DNA of 62,542 nt, the filler included, from Chiloscyllium plagiosum (Eukaryota): the NCBI RefSeq assembly GCF_004010195.1. It is 4 parts of one record of this genome, joined end to end, with 100 filler letters (N's around TTAATTAATTAA, not from the genome) between each part and the next. Parts side by side here need not be neighbours in the genome. Positions count along the whole stretch, not along the records: positions 1 to 11,557 come from NC_057711.1; positions 11,658 to 26,445 come from NC_057711.1; 2 more parts are not named here. The stretch is one strand, 5' to 3'. The notes under the pieces are model-generated. The model did no database searches, had not been told where the DNA came from, and saw only the letters and a program-made list of their open reading frames with translations. The position numbers and the translations under genes are program-made. Shown here piece by piece: positions 1 to 11,913 of this stretch (positions within the stretch are counted from its first letter, which is position 1; the number at the start of each line of letters is the position of its first letter).

Positions 1-385
1 GCCTCATCTTCCGCCTCGGAATACTTCAACCCCAGGGCATCAATGTGGACTTCAACAGTTTCCTCATTTCCCCTTCCCCCACCTCACCCTAGTTCCAAAC
101 TTCCAGCTCAGCACTGTCCCCATGACTTGTCCGGACTTGTCCTACCTGCCTATCTCCTTTTCCACCTATCCACTCCACCCTCTCCTCCCTGACCTATCAC
201 CTTCATCCCCTCCCCCACTCACCCATTGTACTCTATGCTACTTTCTCCCCACCCCACCCTCCTCTAGCTTATCTTTCCATGCTTCAGGCTCACTGCCTTT
301 ATTCCTGATGAAGGGCTTTTGCCCGAAACATCGATTTCGCTGCTCGTTGGATGCTGCCTGAACTGCTGTGCTCTTCGAGCACCAG
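1..385 (+). mobile_element. Penelope-like element (PLE) 3' end: GIY-YIG C-terminus plus terminal repeat
   Basis: Translates to LIFRLGILQPQGINVDF, followed by a pyrimidine-rich tract and CTGATGA-stem-GAAAC; same family as 5900-6627. Confidence 0.8.
305..332 (+). ncRNA. Minimal hammerhead ribozyme motif (cleavage triplet ATC instead of GTC)
   Basis: CTGATGA-A-GGGC-TTTT-GCCC-GAAAC-ATC. Confidence 0.6.
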
Positions 386-538
386 TATCATACAAAGGTG
401 GGCTCCTTAAGCAAGCCATGTTTCCCAACATGGCACCATTTTTTGGATGCTGCCTGAACTGCTGTGCTCTTCGAGCACCAGTATCATACAAAGGTGGGCT
501 CCTTAAGCAAGCCATGTTTCCCAACATGGCACCATTTT
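347..538. repeat. Tandem duplication, 2 x 96 bp
   Basis: 347-442 repeated at 443-538; explains the duplicated peptides in ORFs 264-527 and 319-546. Confidence 0.95.
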
Positions 539-627
539 GGAATTAAAGGTTGGGCGTTCTAACTTGACAAACAGATGTTTTACGCTTAGTCACCAGTAAG
601 CATTACATGTACCTTTCTGTTTTATAG

Positions 628-756
628 ATAACAATGAATGTGCATCCCAGCTCTCACTGTGTGGACCCAAGGGACTTTGTCAGAACTCGCCTGGAAGTTT
701 TAGCTGTGAATGTCAGCGAGGATTTACCCTTGATAACACTGGGTTAAACTGTGAGG
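628..756 (+). CDS. FBN2: Fibrillin (FBN2/FBN3-type) internal exon, cbEGF domain (equivalent to cbEGF40)
   Basis: tttatag|AT...G|gtatgt, 129 bp, phase 1-1; (D)NNECASQLSLCGPKGLCQNSPGSFSCECQRGFTLDNTGLNCE(D) has 6 Cys and the calcium-binding consensus; closest recalled match is fibrillin-2, but FBN3 is not excluded. Confidence 0.93.
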
Positions 757-946
757 GTATGTACCTTCAGACCTGACTTCTTCAAGATACTTATGCAATT
801 GTATGCATAAGTTACCCGCTCAATGTCTGATCATAGTAAAGGTACATTATACCATGGCACTATGACCAAATGGAGTTTAATAGCGTCTGACTAAGAGAGC
901 TCCAATGACGCATTCCTACCTGTGATGAGATGTTAACCAACAATGA

Positions 947-1263
947 GGGTGGCACAGTGTTTCAGTGGTGAGCACTGCTGCCTCACAGCGCCAAGGTTCC
1001 AGGTTTGAGTCCAGCCTCGGGCGACTGTCTGTGTGGAGCTTGCACATTCACCCCGTATCTGTGTGGGTTTCCTTCCGCAGTCAAAGATGTGCAAGTTAGG
1101 TGAATTGGCTATGCTAAATTGCCCATAGTGTCCAGGGATGTGTAGGCTAGGTGCGTTAGTCAGGGGTAAATATAGGGATGGGGGAATGAGTCTGGGTGGG
1201 TTACTCTTCGGAGGGTCGGTGTGGACATTTTGGGCCTATTTCCACACTGTAGGGACTCTATGA
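947..1263 (+). mobile_element. HE1-type tRNA-derived V-SINE
   Basis: GGCACAGTG..AGCACTGCTGCCTCACAGCG head, TGTGTGGAG(T)TTGCACATTC V-domain, CR1-like tail. Confidence 0.85.
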
Positions 1264-3142
1264 TGCCCATTTTGCATTCTAATCCCAGCAACGTGCCTAA
1301 ACTTCCGCGCTCACCTGTATCTTGGCTCGGCAAACCCACAACATCCTGACAGGACAGAACTTTCTCCTTTCTGGAAATGGCTGAGCAAGTGGTGGGTAAA
1401 AGCAAATTATTGGGTGGATTGACACTGCAGAGGTACTCCCTCCAACCTTGGCAGCAGTTACATTCTGAGTGGGACAGTCCATGGGTGACCATCTCAAGGC
1501 CGTTAGATGGTCGATTAGTGGCTGAAAGGGCCTCAGCCTGTCAGCTACCCAATTGCTGACAGAATTTAACAGGTAGAGGAGAGGCTACCTTCCTGTCACA
1601 TTCCCACCTGCCACGTTGATGGATGAAGGACTCTTTTCCCTCACTCTGGGAGTAATTGAAAGCAGAGAGGGGAATAGCTGCTGTAACTTATCCCCTGCTC
1701 TTGCCCCTGAACCCCTCAGCCTGTGACCTTTCCACTACCCCTGAGTAAAAACTCATGGGGTGTGGCTCCTCAAAACTGGGCAGCCTGGGTCTCTAGGTAC
1801 CAGCTCAATGTTTCAATCACTACCAGCCCTGATTGGTTGACAGCTGCGGGCAGGGCAGGACTTTTAGTAACAAGGCTCCTGATTGGCTGAGAAGCCTGCC
1901 AGAAAGTTCTGAATTGACTGATTGGAGCTTGATCTTTCAAGTTAACTTTCCCATGAGGGTGGGATTGATTTAGTTATCCCTGACAGCACCTTGCACCACA
2001 CTTACTACCAGAGACCTCTAAATCAAGTCTCTAGATACTGTAAGATCAACATCAAACCTATCACTCAAATAAATCCAAAGAAGAATGGGTAGAGCAGGAA
2101 CATAGGAATTTTTCTTGGGAAGTAATGTGCATACTATTGAACAATTTCAAAATGTTAGTTTAATATTGCAAAACGTTTCTAATGACAGACTTGCAAAGTG
2201 TTTCACAGAAGCAATTTTTGGAAGGCTTTCCATTTTGGTTCCAATTGTTAATTTGCAAAACTGCTTATCCAAAGAAAAAAAGGCTGGGTTATTTTCAGAC
2301 ACAATCAGTGTGCTGCTTTAGGCACTTGTCATGATTGTAAGTCATCAGAAAGCTTGGCTATAACTTTTGACAAGAAAAAGGCTTTGAGGTGACATAATCG
2401 TTGTTTGAAAGATTCTGACATTGAAATTTCAATGTAGTGACAGTTTGCAGCTCTGTTAGCCCAAACTGTCTCTGATTTAGTTACATTGTTATCCCTAAAG
2501 GCAGGTTAGCTTTTTATTTCAGTTTACATTTTGTCTTGAGTTAACACAAAGACAGAAATCACATTAGTTTTGATTTGATTTGATTTACTGTCACAAAGAA
2601 TGAATTTCACTTTTTTACTGGTGACATTACAGCCAGTGTTTCACCAAAGCTCAGCTGACGAAGTTCAAATGCCAAGCAGAAGCCCATTTAGCAATTATGC
2701 GACAAATATTAGGAATAAGACTGTCCAAAATCTAGGTCAGCTCAAACACAAGAAATAGTTATGACTGTTTCACTTGGATCTGGATAATTCAAAATCTGCC
2801 TGATTTTTGGGACAGCTATTCTCATAATAATGAAGCAATACAGCTTAATTTGGTGAACTGAAATTAAAATCATTTGATACTGATTTCAGTGTCTCTCTGA
2901 CATGTCCTAGAAGAGACCTAGAACTACAAAATCTCATCAAAGTCACTCTCTCTTAAGATGTGCAATTTTATTCAATTTGAGCAGAATTCCATATAAATTA
3001 CTATCCCTCTGATATCTTGCCCAACTGGACATGACTAATGTGTGAGTTGGAGCAATGAGTGTTCACTGACTATGTCTACAAGTTAGTGAATCACAGCCAA
3101 TCCTCAATGTTGGTACCAGATGTGTTGAGAAACTATTGTTGT

Positions 3143-3420
3143 AGAGTCATACAGTACAGACTCAGACCCTTCCATTCAACCAGTCCATGCCAAACATAAT
3201 CCCAAACTAAACTAGTCCCACCTGCCTGCTCTTGACCCATATCCTTCCAAACCTTTCCTAAATGTCTTTTAAAAGTTGTAATGGTGCCCACATACACCAC
3301 TTCCTCAGAAAGTTCATTTCACATGCGAACCATCCTCCGTGTAAAAAAATTTGCCCCCATCTCTTTTTTGAATCTCTCTCTCCTCTCACTTAAATACGTG
3401 CCCTCCCTAGTCTTGAAATT
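3143..3420 (-). mobile_element. CR1/HER1 LINE 3' fragment
   Basis: Similar to the CR1 3' ends at 37051 and 42478. Confidence 0.75.
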
Positions 3421-4213
3421 GGCTTTTGAAACTAATAACTGTTTTAATTGCAGTTAACAATACATGAAAAAATATCAAAAATATTGTGCCTTATTTCCCT
3501 CTGTGTCCCCCTTGAAGTTGATATTTCTGCCATTATCTGCCTGTGCAGCTTGCGATGTAAACGGCAGAACAGATCAGCCTTTGTAGAAGCTGCCACATTT
3601 TCACTTGCATTGAAATTAAAAGCAAAATACAGCAGGTGCTGCAAATGAATCTGAAATTTTCATAAGTACAGAAACATTGGAGAAACTCTGCAGGTCTAGC
3701 AGCATTTGAGACAGAATTATAATTAGTGTTTAAAGTTCAACATGAGTCTTAAACAACTCTTCTTGTTGCGAAGAATAGTTAAACCAGACTGGAAACATTA
3801 ACTCTGTTTCCCTCCCCACAGATGCTGCCAGACCTGCTGGGTTTTCTGTTTTTATTTCCCTTCCAATAAGTTTGGACAGCTTTGGATTTTTCCTTAATTC
3901 CTACTCTGATTCTGTGCTGGAAATGGCTGAGAAATAACCAAGCAAAGCCCCTACAGCCCATAAAAAATGTTAGACTTATTAAATGACTGCACATTTTAAA
4001 GAAATGATGTTTTTTTGCTTTTTAAATCGTAAAATATTGAAAAGCTAAAGCAAATAGAGAACTTCTGCAAATCAGCTTGCATCTGTAAAGGGAAAATACA
4101 AATCTGTGTTGACTGTAGCAATTGGCACATCACGTTGTCTATTTCAGTCTAAGCATTCTCTTATCAAGGGTAACCCTCTTGTAGTGTGTTTAGTTCTAAG
4201 TCTGCCATACTAA

Positions 4214-4393
4214 TACAGAGTTAAAAATCACACAACACCAGGTTATAGTCCAACAGGTTTAATTGGAAGCACATTAGCTTTCGGAGCGTTTGAAAAGCTA
4301 GTGTGCTTCCAATTAAACCTGTTGGACTATAACCTGGTGTTGAAGATTTTTAACTTTGTACACCCCAGTCCAACACCGGCGTCTCCAAATCAT
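4214..4393. mobile_element. Fold-back PLE-derived element, family A
   Basis: About 68-bp inverted arms (4214-4282 and 4294-4360); same sequence family as 10855-11051. Confidence 0.8.
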
Positions 4394-5148
4394 ACAAATA
4401 GAACACCTTCAGGCCAGGCAGTGTATTTCAATGTTGGGTCAGTCAGCAAGGTGTTGCTCTAATGATGATAATAGCAGAGTGGCACAGCATTGAATGTACA
4501 TTTCTAACTGTACAACTCTGCTTGTCTGACGTTGCTGCATTGTTCGTTTAGAAATAAAAATGAATGCCATTAGTTTCAACATAACTTTGACAGCAAATCA
4601 TGATCTATTATTGAATGTTGGAAAGAATGAAGATTGATTACTTCAGATAATAATCAACTTTATAAAGGCAACTACTTTCCCATCACAGGTCAAAACAAAA
4701 TGGAAGTTAAGCTGTCCTGGTGCTTTTGTGCGAATGTGCACGATCTGACAAGACACTATGTCTTCCTTATAAGGAATCTTGGGTTAAATCCCTGAACAAG
4801 TTAACTAATCTCAGTTGACAGTAGAATTGTTACAATTGGCAATGCTGCCATTGACTATGAAGGAGGAAAATATTCGGCAGAGTCCCCACTCTTTCTTAAT
4901 ATCCATTGACCCATGCTGAGATACCGGCTTATTGGTAAAGACAAATCAGACTTGGCTTTGATACACAAGCCAATGCTTAGTGTCTAGACTCAAATGTGAA
5001 AAATGGTCACTTGGGAAAGACACTGGAGGACTGCCAGCAGGTTTTGGAATCAAACCCGAGATTGAGTCAGCACTTTCAGGAAAGGAGCACATAAACTGGA
5101 AACTGTGGAAAACATCATTCTGTTCTCAATTACCCTATCTTTTTGCAG

Positions 5149-5268
5149 ATGTGAATGAATGCGATGGAAGTCACAGATGCCAGCATGGTTGTCAAAATAT
5201 GCTGGGAGGTTACAGGTGCAGCTGTCCGCACGGTTACATGCAGCACTATCAGTGGAACCAGTGTGTTG
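5149..5268 (+). CDS. FBN2: Fibrillin (FBN2/FBN3-type) internal exon, cbEGF domain (equivalent to cbEGF41)
   Basis: ttttgcag|AT...G|gtgagt, 120 bp, phase 1-1; (D)[48 protein letters not shown] is fibrillin-specific; splices in frame to exon 628-756. Confidence 0.95.
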
Positions 5269-5379
5269 GTGAGTATCACGTGAAACTAGTGATCAAATCA
5301 ATTTGGATTTTCTGTGGAGCCAACAGATCTGCACTTGTATGACTGAATTTTTAACAACTTAGATCAACCTTTCATAATA

Positions 5380-5625
5380 TGGTTAGCATTGCTGCCTCAC
5401 AGCAGCAGGGACCCAGTTTGCAAATTCTCCCCGTGTCTGTGTGGGTGCTCCAGTTTCCTCCAACAATCCAAAGATGTACAGGTTGGATGGATTGGCCATG
5501 GGAAGTGCAGGGTTATGGGGATAGAGTAGGGTTGAGTCTGGGTGAGTTTCTGTTCAGCATGTTAGTGCAGACTTGATGGGCCAAATGGCTTCTTTCTGCA
5601 CTGTAGGGCTTCTATGATTCTATGA
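5380..5625 (+). mobile_element. HE1-type SINE, degraded
   Basis: GGTTAGCATTGCTGCCTCACAGC head and CTATGATT tail. Confidence 0.75.
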
Positions 5626-5899
5626 ATAATATTAAAATGACAAGAATTTACATTCTACTAAATTGAAGTGGACAATGTAGTTCAAAGAATTATAGAATTA
5701 TATGAAAGATGACTTCCTCATTTTGCAAAGTTCCTGATTTCAAATTTAACCTGAGCTGATCATCAATAAAAATTCTGTCTCTTCTACTGTTTAGAGACAT
5801 GAATGCGGTGGATTGACTATGTTTGTCTGAGATAAATAAGCATTAGCTACAGGAGATTTTGCAGTTTGTCCTGACCCATCAGGTTGTTACTATCATTTA

Positions 5900-6627
5900 G
5901 CCTGCCCCTCCAATCGCCACCAGAACAGAACCCTACTGGTCCTCACCTACCACCCCACCAACCTCTATATACATCGTATCATCCGTCGTCATTTCCCCCA
6001 CCTCCAAACGGACCCCACCACCAGGGATATATTTCCCTTTGGGGAGACAGGCTGCCTACTTGCGGAACGTTTCAGAGAACACCTCTGGGACACCTGGCCC
6101 AACCAACCCAACCACCCCGTGGCTCAACACTTCAACTCCCCCTTCTACTCCACCAAGGACATGCAGGTCCTTGGACTCCTCCATCGCCAGACCATAGCAA
6201 CATGACGGTTGGAGGAAGAGCGCCTCATCTTCTGCCTAGGAACCCTCCAACCACAAGGGATGAACTCAGATTTCTCCAGTTTCCTCATTTCCCCTCCCCC
6301 CACCTTGTCTCAGTCCCAACCCTCAAACTCAGCACCACCTTCCTAACCTGCAATCTTCTTCCTGACCTCTCTGCCCCCATCCCCACTCCGGCCTATCACC
6401 CTCATCTTAACCTCTTTCCACCTATCGCATTTCCAATGCCCCTCCCCTAAGTCCCTCCTCCCTACCTTTTATCTTAGCCTGCTGGACACACTTTCCTCAT
6501 TCCTGAAGAAGGGCTCATGCCCGAAACGCCGATTCTCCTGCTCCTTGGATGCTGCCTGACCTGCTGCGCTTTTCCAGCAACACATTTTCAGCTCTGATCT
6601 CCAGCATCTGCAGACCTCACTTTCTCC
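5900..6627 (+). mobile_element. Penelope-like element, 5'-truncated and internally deleted, GIY-YIG region plus terminal repeat
   Basis: GETGCLLAERFREH and RLEEERLIF.LGTLQPQGMN motifs; hammerhead-like CTGAAGA..GAAACGCC at 6503-6530; TSD ATCATTTA (5892-5899 and 6628-6635). Confidence 0.85.
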
Positions 6628-7419
6628 ATCATTTATTATGTCAGACACATTGTGAACAGAAGACGTACATTAGTTGGTACAACTACTGAAAACTAAGCCC
6701 ATTAGGCCTTTGTTTTTTACTCTTTAATTTCTCTTGATTCGCCCAAATCTTTATTTATAAGGTTTTTTTTGTAGTTCAATGAAATTAATTCCATCTTTCT
6801 TTATGGGAATTTTAATGTGTGCTGATAGAACAGGAAAGAATTATTTTTGTAATATAAAATCTACCTCAGGCACATGTTTGGTATTTTACACTGGATGGAT
6901 GTGTTCCTCTGATTTAAACCCCACTACATAAGTGGGAGTTAAGGGACATGGGAGAGAGGATTGTGACGCTAAATAAAGTTCATACAAAAACAATATGAAT
7001 TATGCTGCAGTTGGAAACCATCTATTTTCTTGGACGGGAGCCAAGTTAAATTAGATTCATAAGTAACAACAGATCTGCTAACACGCTAGAAACCATGATA
7101 TTATGCGTTGAAATTTTGCTGTACTCAATTATTTTCTATCGTTTTGAGTCATCGAAACATATCAGGTAAGTAACGTTTTAAATGTGCTGTACGAGTACCG
7201 TATGTTTAACTGCCTGCTATGTTTTTAGTACATTAAATCATAATTAGTTCAAATGGTTGTTTTCACTTTACAAAACAGAGTGGTTAGTTAACTATGAAGT
7301 GTTCCTCTGTCAAGGAAATGCTGTTCAGCTGTAATGCATTATTGGGTTGTTTGTGATTACATGCTTGGGATAGTCACCTGTGCCAGCAACATTCTTTCAC
7401 AAAGAGTTTTTTTTTGAGT

Positions 7420-7800
7420 TGTAGGATGTGGGCAGTGTTGGTTATTGAAATAGTGCTGGTGAGTCACATTCCTGAATGAAATTGAATGATTTGTTCGACC
7501 ATGTCATAGGGCAGTTAAGAGTCAACCACATTGCAGTGGATCTGGAATCAGTTATTGACCAGATTGGGTAAAAGAACAGGTTTCCTTCCCTAGAGCACTT
7601 TAATGAACCAGATGTGTTTTTTCAACAACCCCATAGTTTCATGGTTGCTATTACTGGTATTTTTTTCTTAATCCATACTTATTTAATTAGTTGAATCTAA
7701 ACTCCCTACCTGCCACAGTGGGATTTTAAACTCATGTTTCCACATCATTAATGCAGACCTTTGGGTTACTCAACTGATAACTAAACCATCATACTTCCTT
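7420..7800 (-). mobile_element. Old tRNA-derived SINE (family of 15408-15753)
   Basis: Shares AAGAGTCAACCACATTGC..GGATCTGGA..TTTCCTTCCCT blocks with 15408-15753. Confidence 0.6.
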
Positions 7801-8415
7801 ACCCCTTTATAGAATATCATTCTGTTGAACACAGTTTAACAATGATTCTCATATGTGGACCTTCTCCCCATATGGAACCTGTATATTTTCTGGGCTCTGT
7901 CCTAAAAAAGCCAAGTTTACAAACGGCCTAAAATTACCACATCTGATCTCCTCGTTCCAGTAACCTCCTTGTTGCAATTAATGTTGTGCCTTTCTGCTTT
8001 GTTTGGTTCAAGTAGCAGGTGAGTATACGAGATCCACATTTATTCTAATATCCTTATTTGCAAATGAGTAATACTGTACTATAAAGCAAACAAAAAGTGA
8101 GATTGCCAGTTTGAAGGTGCTGTTGAAAGAGCTGCTGCTGTGCACCTGAGATGTGGAGAGAATTGATTTTATTTTTCTTCATTCAAAGGAGGTGGGCTTT
8201 GCTGGCTGGGCCAGCATTTATTGCTCATCCCTAGTTCTTGCCAAGCCTTTGAAGGTGAGAGCCCAGTGTAAGTACATCCACAAAGCTGTTAGGGAGGGAG
8301 ACTCAGGACTTTGACCCAATGACGCTGAAGGAACAGTGATGTGTTTCCTGATGAGTTGTTTGAAGGGAAGGTACATATGGTGGTGTTCCCATATATTTGC
8401 GGCCCTTCTCCTTCT

Positions 8416-8737
8416 GGGTGGCACGGTGGCACAGTGGTTAGCACTGCTGCCTCACAGCGCCAGAGACCCGGGTTCATTTCCCGCCTCAGGCGACTGACTG
8501 TGTGGAGTTTGCACGTTCTCCCCGTGTCTGCGTGGGTTTCCTCCGGGTGCTCCGGTTTCCTCCCACAGTCCAAAGATGTGCAGGTCAGGTGAATTGGCCA
8601 TGCTAAATTGCCCGTAGTGTTAGGTAAGGGGTTAATGTAGGGGTATGGGTGGGTTGCGCTTCGGCGGAGCGGTGTGGACTTTTTGGGCCGAAGGGCCTGT
8701 TTCCACACTGTAATGTAATGTAATGTAAAAAAAAAAA
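8416..8737 (+). mobile_element. HE1-type V-SINE, young copy
   Basis: Near-identical to the copies at 47519 and 52025; (TGTAA)n plus A tail; apparent TSD TGGGTGG. Confidence 0.9.
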
Positions 8738-8965
8738 TGGGTGGTAGAGGTCGCAAGTTTGGGAGGTCCCATTTAATCAGTTTGATATTGGCAGAAAGGG
8801 TGTAGGGGTATGGGTGGGTTGCGCTTCGGCGGAGTGGTGTGGACTTTTTGGGCCGAAGGGCCTGTTTCCACACTGTAATGTAATGTAATGTAAAAAAAAA
8901 GGGTGGTAGAGGTCGCAAGTTTGGGAGGTCCCGTTTAATCAGTTTGATATTGGCAGAAAGGGTGT
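8636..8965. repeat. Tandem duplication, 2 x about 165 bp (SINE tail plus flank)
   Basis: 8636-8800 repeated at 8801-8962 with few differences. Confidence 0.9.
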
Positions 8966-10854
8966 CAATCAAGCTAACTGTTTTTCCCTGAATTGTACCA
9001 AACTTTTTGTTGACGCTGCACTGATCCAGGCAAGTCATAAGTATTCCATCACATTCCTGACTTATGCTGTGGAGATGGTGGACTGTATTTGGGGTGTCAG
9101 AAGGTGAACAACTTGCCTGAGAATTTCAAGTGTCTGAGCTGATCTTGTTGACAGTATATTTATATAGCTGGTCCAGTTCAGTTTCTCATCAATGATAAAT
9201 GCATGATGTTGATAGTGGGAAATACATTGATGAGAGTGCCATTGATTGTCAGGGTGGTGCTTAGGTTCTCTCTTGTTGGAGATGGCCATTGTCTAGCATT
9301 TGTGTGGAGAAGATGTTACTTTCTATTTGTCAGTCCAAATCTTGCTGCATTTGGGCATGGGCTGCTTCAGTATCTGAGGAGTCATGAATGGTGCTGAACA
9401 TTGTGCAATTATCGTGCCATCTCTTGCCGCTGAGTCAAAAAATTGTTATTTCAGTTCACACTCTAGGCAGCTCAGTACCGAATACTAGGCTGACATCACT
9501 GTGCTACACTGACAAATTGTTACAGGTGATGGACAGGATCTTCCTAGGCTCTGACCAATGCGGATTCTGGTTAGAAATTTGAGAGAATCGCCTGAGAAGT
9601 TGAGCAAGGTCTTTCTGACACCAGCACAAACAATTCACATTTTCCATCCAGGTTCTGGACATTGAGATGAGATTCTCATTAGTGAGTGGTGAGAGACCTA
9701 TTAAAGAGGATAATCATTCATTATCACCCACATTACACACTCCTCCATTCTACCAGCAGCTGGTTGGAGATGAGGTGCTGAGAATTCCCGGCATGGACAT
9801 CAGAGCAAATTCCTAGTCACTCCAGCTCACTGGTTACTCCTCTGGGTCTCCATCTTGGAGATCTGGCTCCATTGTCTGAGGGCATGCTTCTGGGCAGTGC
9901 CTACATGCACCTCATATCCACAAAAATTGACACCTGACACATGCCAGCCAATAAGTGCCGTGGTGGCACATCTCTGATCCACGTTTAGGACACTTCTACA
10001 CTGGCATGCTGCATTTGGTGGTCACCCGTTCTGGTGGAAAAGGACCTCCCTTTTCAGTACGAGGCTATCCTACAGTAGTCCTTAGTCCCTGTTTCAAAGC
10101 CAGGCACTGATTGCCCCAAAATTGCCACATTCTGGGGCAAATGTCACAAACTTTGCAGGGCAATTCTAGACTGACAGTGCATGACCAGGTAGACAAGAGA
10201 ATTTTAAAGATGGCACCAGTACCGAGGAACCCAGGATATCCTGGCAGGAACAACTTCCTCTACCAATGGCCAATGAGGGAATCAGGCTCGTGCACATGAG
10301 GGGGTGCTCTCGGGGAGTAAGAGGGAGTAAATGAGGTGACGTGAGAAAACATACTGAGCTTTGCAGAGTGGAAGCCTCTGTGAATCTTAATGAAAATATC
10401 ACTTTGACAAAAAGATAGTAAGATGCAGCCCATTGTCTTTGGGATGAGATGTGAAGATAAGGCTCCTTCTGCTGTCTTGGGTGAACACGAAAGGTCTGAT
10501 GGTACAATTTCAAATAAATCAGAGAGCTTCGCCAGGGCTCCTGGTCAATCTTGTTTCCGACTCTATAACACAATATAGTTGGTCTGGTCATTATCCTGTG
10601 TTTCTGAAGGGCCGTCACAGAGATGCAATTCTGTCTTTATTATACAAGTTATCTTCAAGGCGAAAGTATTTGTTCAGCAAATTAGTTTGTCTCTGAGTGT
10701 TGGTATTTGTTGGTTTTTGCTATCTGATGCTGGTTTTTGAATATTCCTGTTTTTTTTATTTTCCCCATTATTGGGGACTGGACGTTTTGCTGCCAAGACC
10801 CTAGACTCTGGATTAATCTCTCTGCCTCTTTAGTTCATTATTTTCCTTGAAATC

Positions 10855-11051
10855 ATGATTTGGAGATGCCGGTGGTGGACAAAGTTAAAAATCACACAAC
10901 ACCAGATTATAGTCCAACAGGTTTAATTGGAAGCACACTAGCTTTCTTAAGGTGGTAGTTGACTACCACCTGATGAAGGAGCGATGCTCCGAAAGCTAGG
11001 GCTTCCAATTAAACCTGTTGGACTATAACCTGGTGTTGTGTGATCTTTAAC
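10855..11051. mobile_element. Fold-back PLE-derived element, family A, with hammerhead core and 12-bp TSD
   Basis: Inverted arms; TSD TTCCTTGAAATC at 10843-10854 and 11052-11063. Confidence 0.85.
10967..11001 (+). ncRNA. Minimal type I hammerhead ribozyme
   Basis: CAC-CTGATGA-A-GGAGC-GAT-GCTCC-GAAA-GCTA-GGG: intact core, 5-bp stem II, palindromic AGCT stem III, CUA triplet. Confidence 0.7.
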
Positions 11052-11087
11052 TTCCTTGAAATCGTTTGAGTAAAGATATTGGTAAAG

Positions 11088-11268
11088 ATGGCATCGTCCT
11101 ACTGGAACATAGGGCTGTCTCAATGGAGAGAAATGCCTGGTGATGGTTTAACCTGAAGGTGAGGGGAGAGGTTCAGAAGGAGGATTCCTCAGCAGTTGCA
11201 GGAGTCCACCTTGCTCTGTTAGTATCATTTTTCTTTGCAAACCAGCTGGACAGCCAACTGAGCTAACC
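11088..11268 (-). mobile_element. tRNA-derived SINE (possibly Meta/MESC-domain type)
   Basis: GGTTAGCTCAGTTGGCTG A-box head and CAGGTTAAACCA(T)CACCAG core; related copies at 51400-51600 (-) and 59105-59200 (+). Confidence 0.55.
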
Positions 11269-11393
11269 CTCCACCCCATTCCTCTACTGCATTGATTTAA
11301 ACCTACCTCTTTAACCAAGTGGTTATCTTAGTTATCTTTTGGTCATCTGCACTAACATTCAACAAATTTTAAATCTCTGAATCAGTTTTGCTA

Positions 11394-11557
11394 CATGCAC
11401 GGGAACCCCGCACTGCCCGGTTCTACCTCCTTCCCAAGATCCACAAGCCTGACCACCCTGGCCGACCCATTGTCTCAGCATGCTCCTGCCCCACTGAACT
11501 CATCTCTACCTACCTCGACACTGTCCTATCCCCCCTAGTCCAGAAACTCCCCACATA
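11394..11557 (+). mobile_element. Penelope-like reverse transcriptase fragment
   Basis: [39 protein letters not shown] is the classic PLE RT LPKIHK..RPIVS motif; runs into the gap. Confidence 0.9.
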
Positions 11558-11657
11558 NNNNNNNNNNNNNNNNNNNNNNNNNNNNNNNNNNNNNNNNNNN
11601 NTTAATTAATTAANNNNNNNNNNNNNNNNNNNNNNNNNNNNNNNNNNNNNNNNNNNN
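11558..11657. other. Artificial scaffolding gap (N44-TTAATTAATTAA-N44)
   Basis: Exactly 100 bp with a six-frame stop linker at 11602-11613. Confidence 0.97.
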
Positions 11658-11913
11658 TTCACCCAGTGAGTGGTGGCTGTGGGGAATGCTCTGCCCCAGA
11701 GGGCAGTGGAGGCCCACTCTCTGGATTCATTTAAGAAAGAGTTGGATAGAGCTCTCAAAGATAGTGGAATCAAGGGTTATGGAGATAAGGCAGGAACAGG
11801 ATACTGATTAGGAATGATCAGCCATGATCATATTGAATGGCGGTGCAGGCTCGAAGGGCTGAATGGCCTACTCCTGCACCTATCGTCTATTGTCTATTGT
11901 CTACTGTCTATTG
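11658..11913 (+). mobile_element. CR1 LINE 3' end
   Basis: TQ*VV..NALP..AVEA..FKKELD motif and (CTATTGT)n tail. Confidence 0.85.

Larger units (their letters stand above)
8170..9410 (-). mobile_element. L2/CR1-group LINE 3' fragment interrupted by an HE1 SINE
   Basis: ORF 9062-9289 IDEKLNWTSYIN..RSAQTLEILRQ..LLTPQ resembles a LINE RT C-terminus; 3' end shared with the 15408 SINE tail. Confidence 0.65.

Noticed and set aside
4980..5342. 120-aa ORF as a stand-alone EGF protein
   Set aside because: Only 5149-5268 is coding, bounded by splice sites; the flanks are intron read-through
8416..8490. tRNA-like sequence at SINE heads
   Set aside because: A/B-box heads of HE1 SINEs, not tRNA genes
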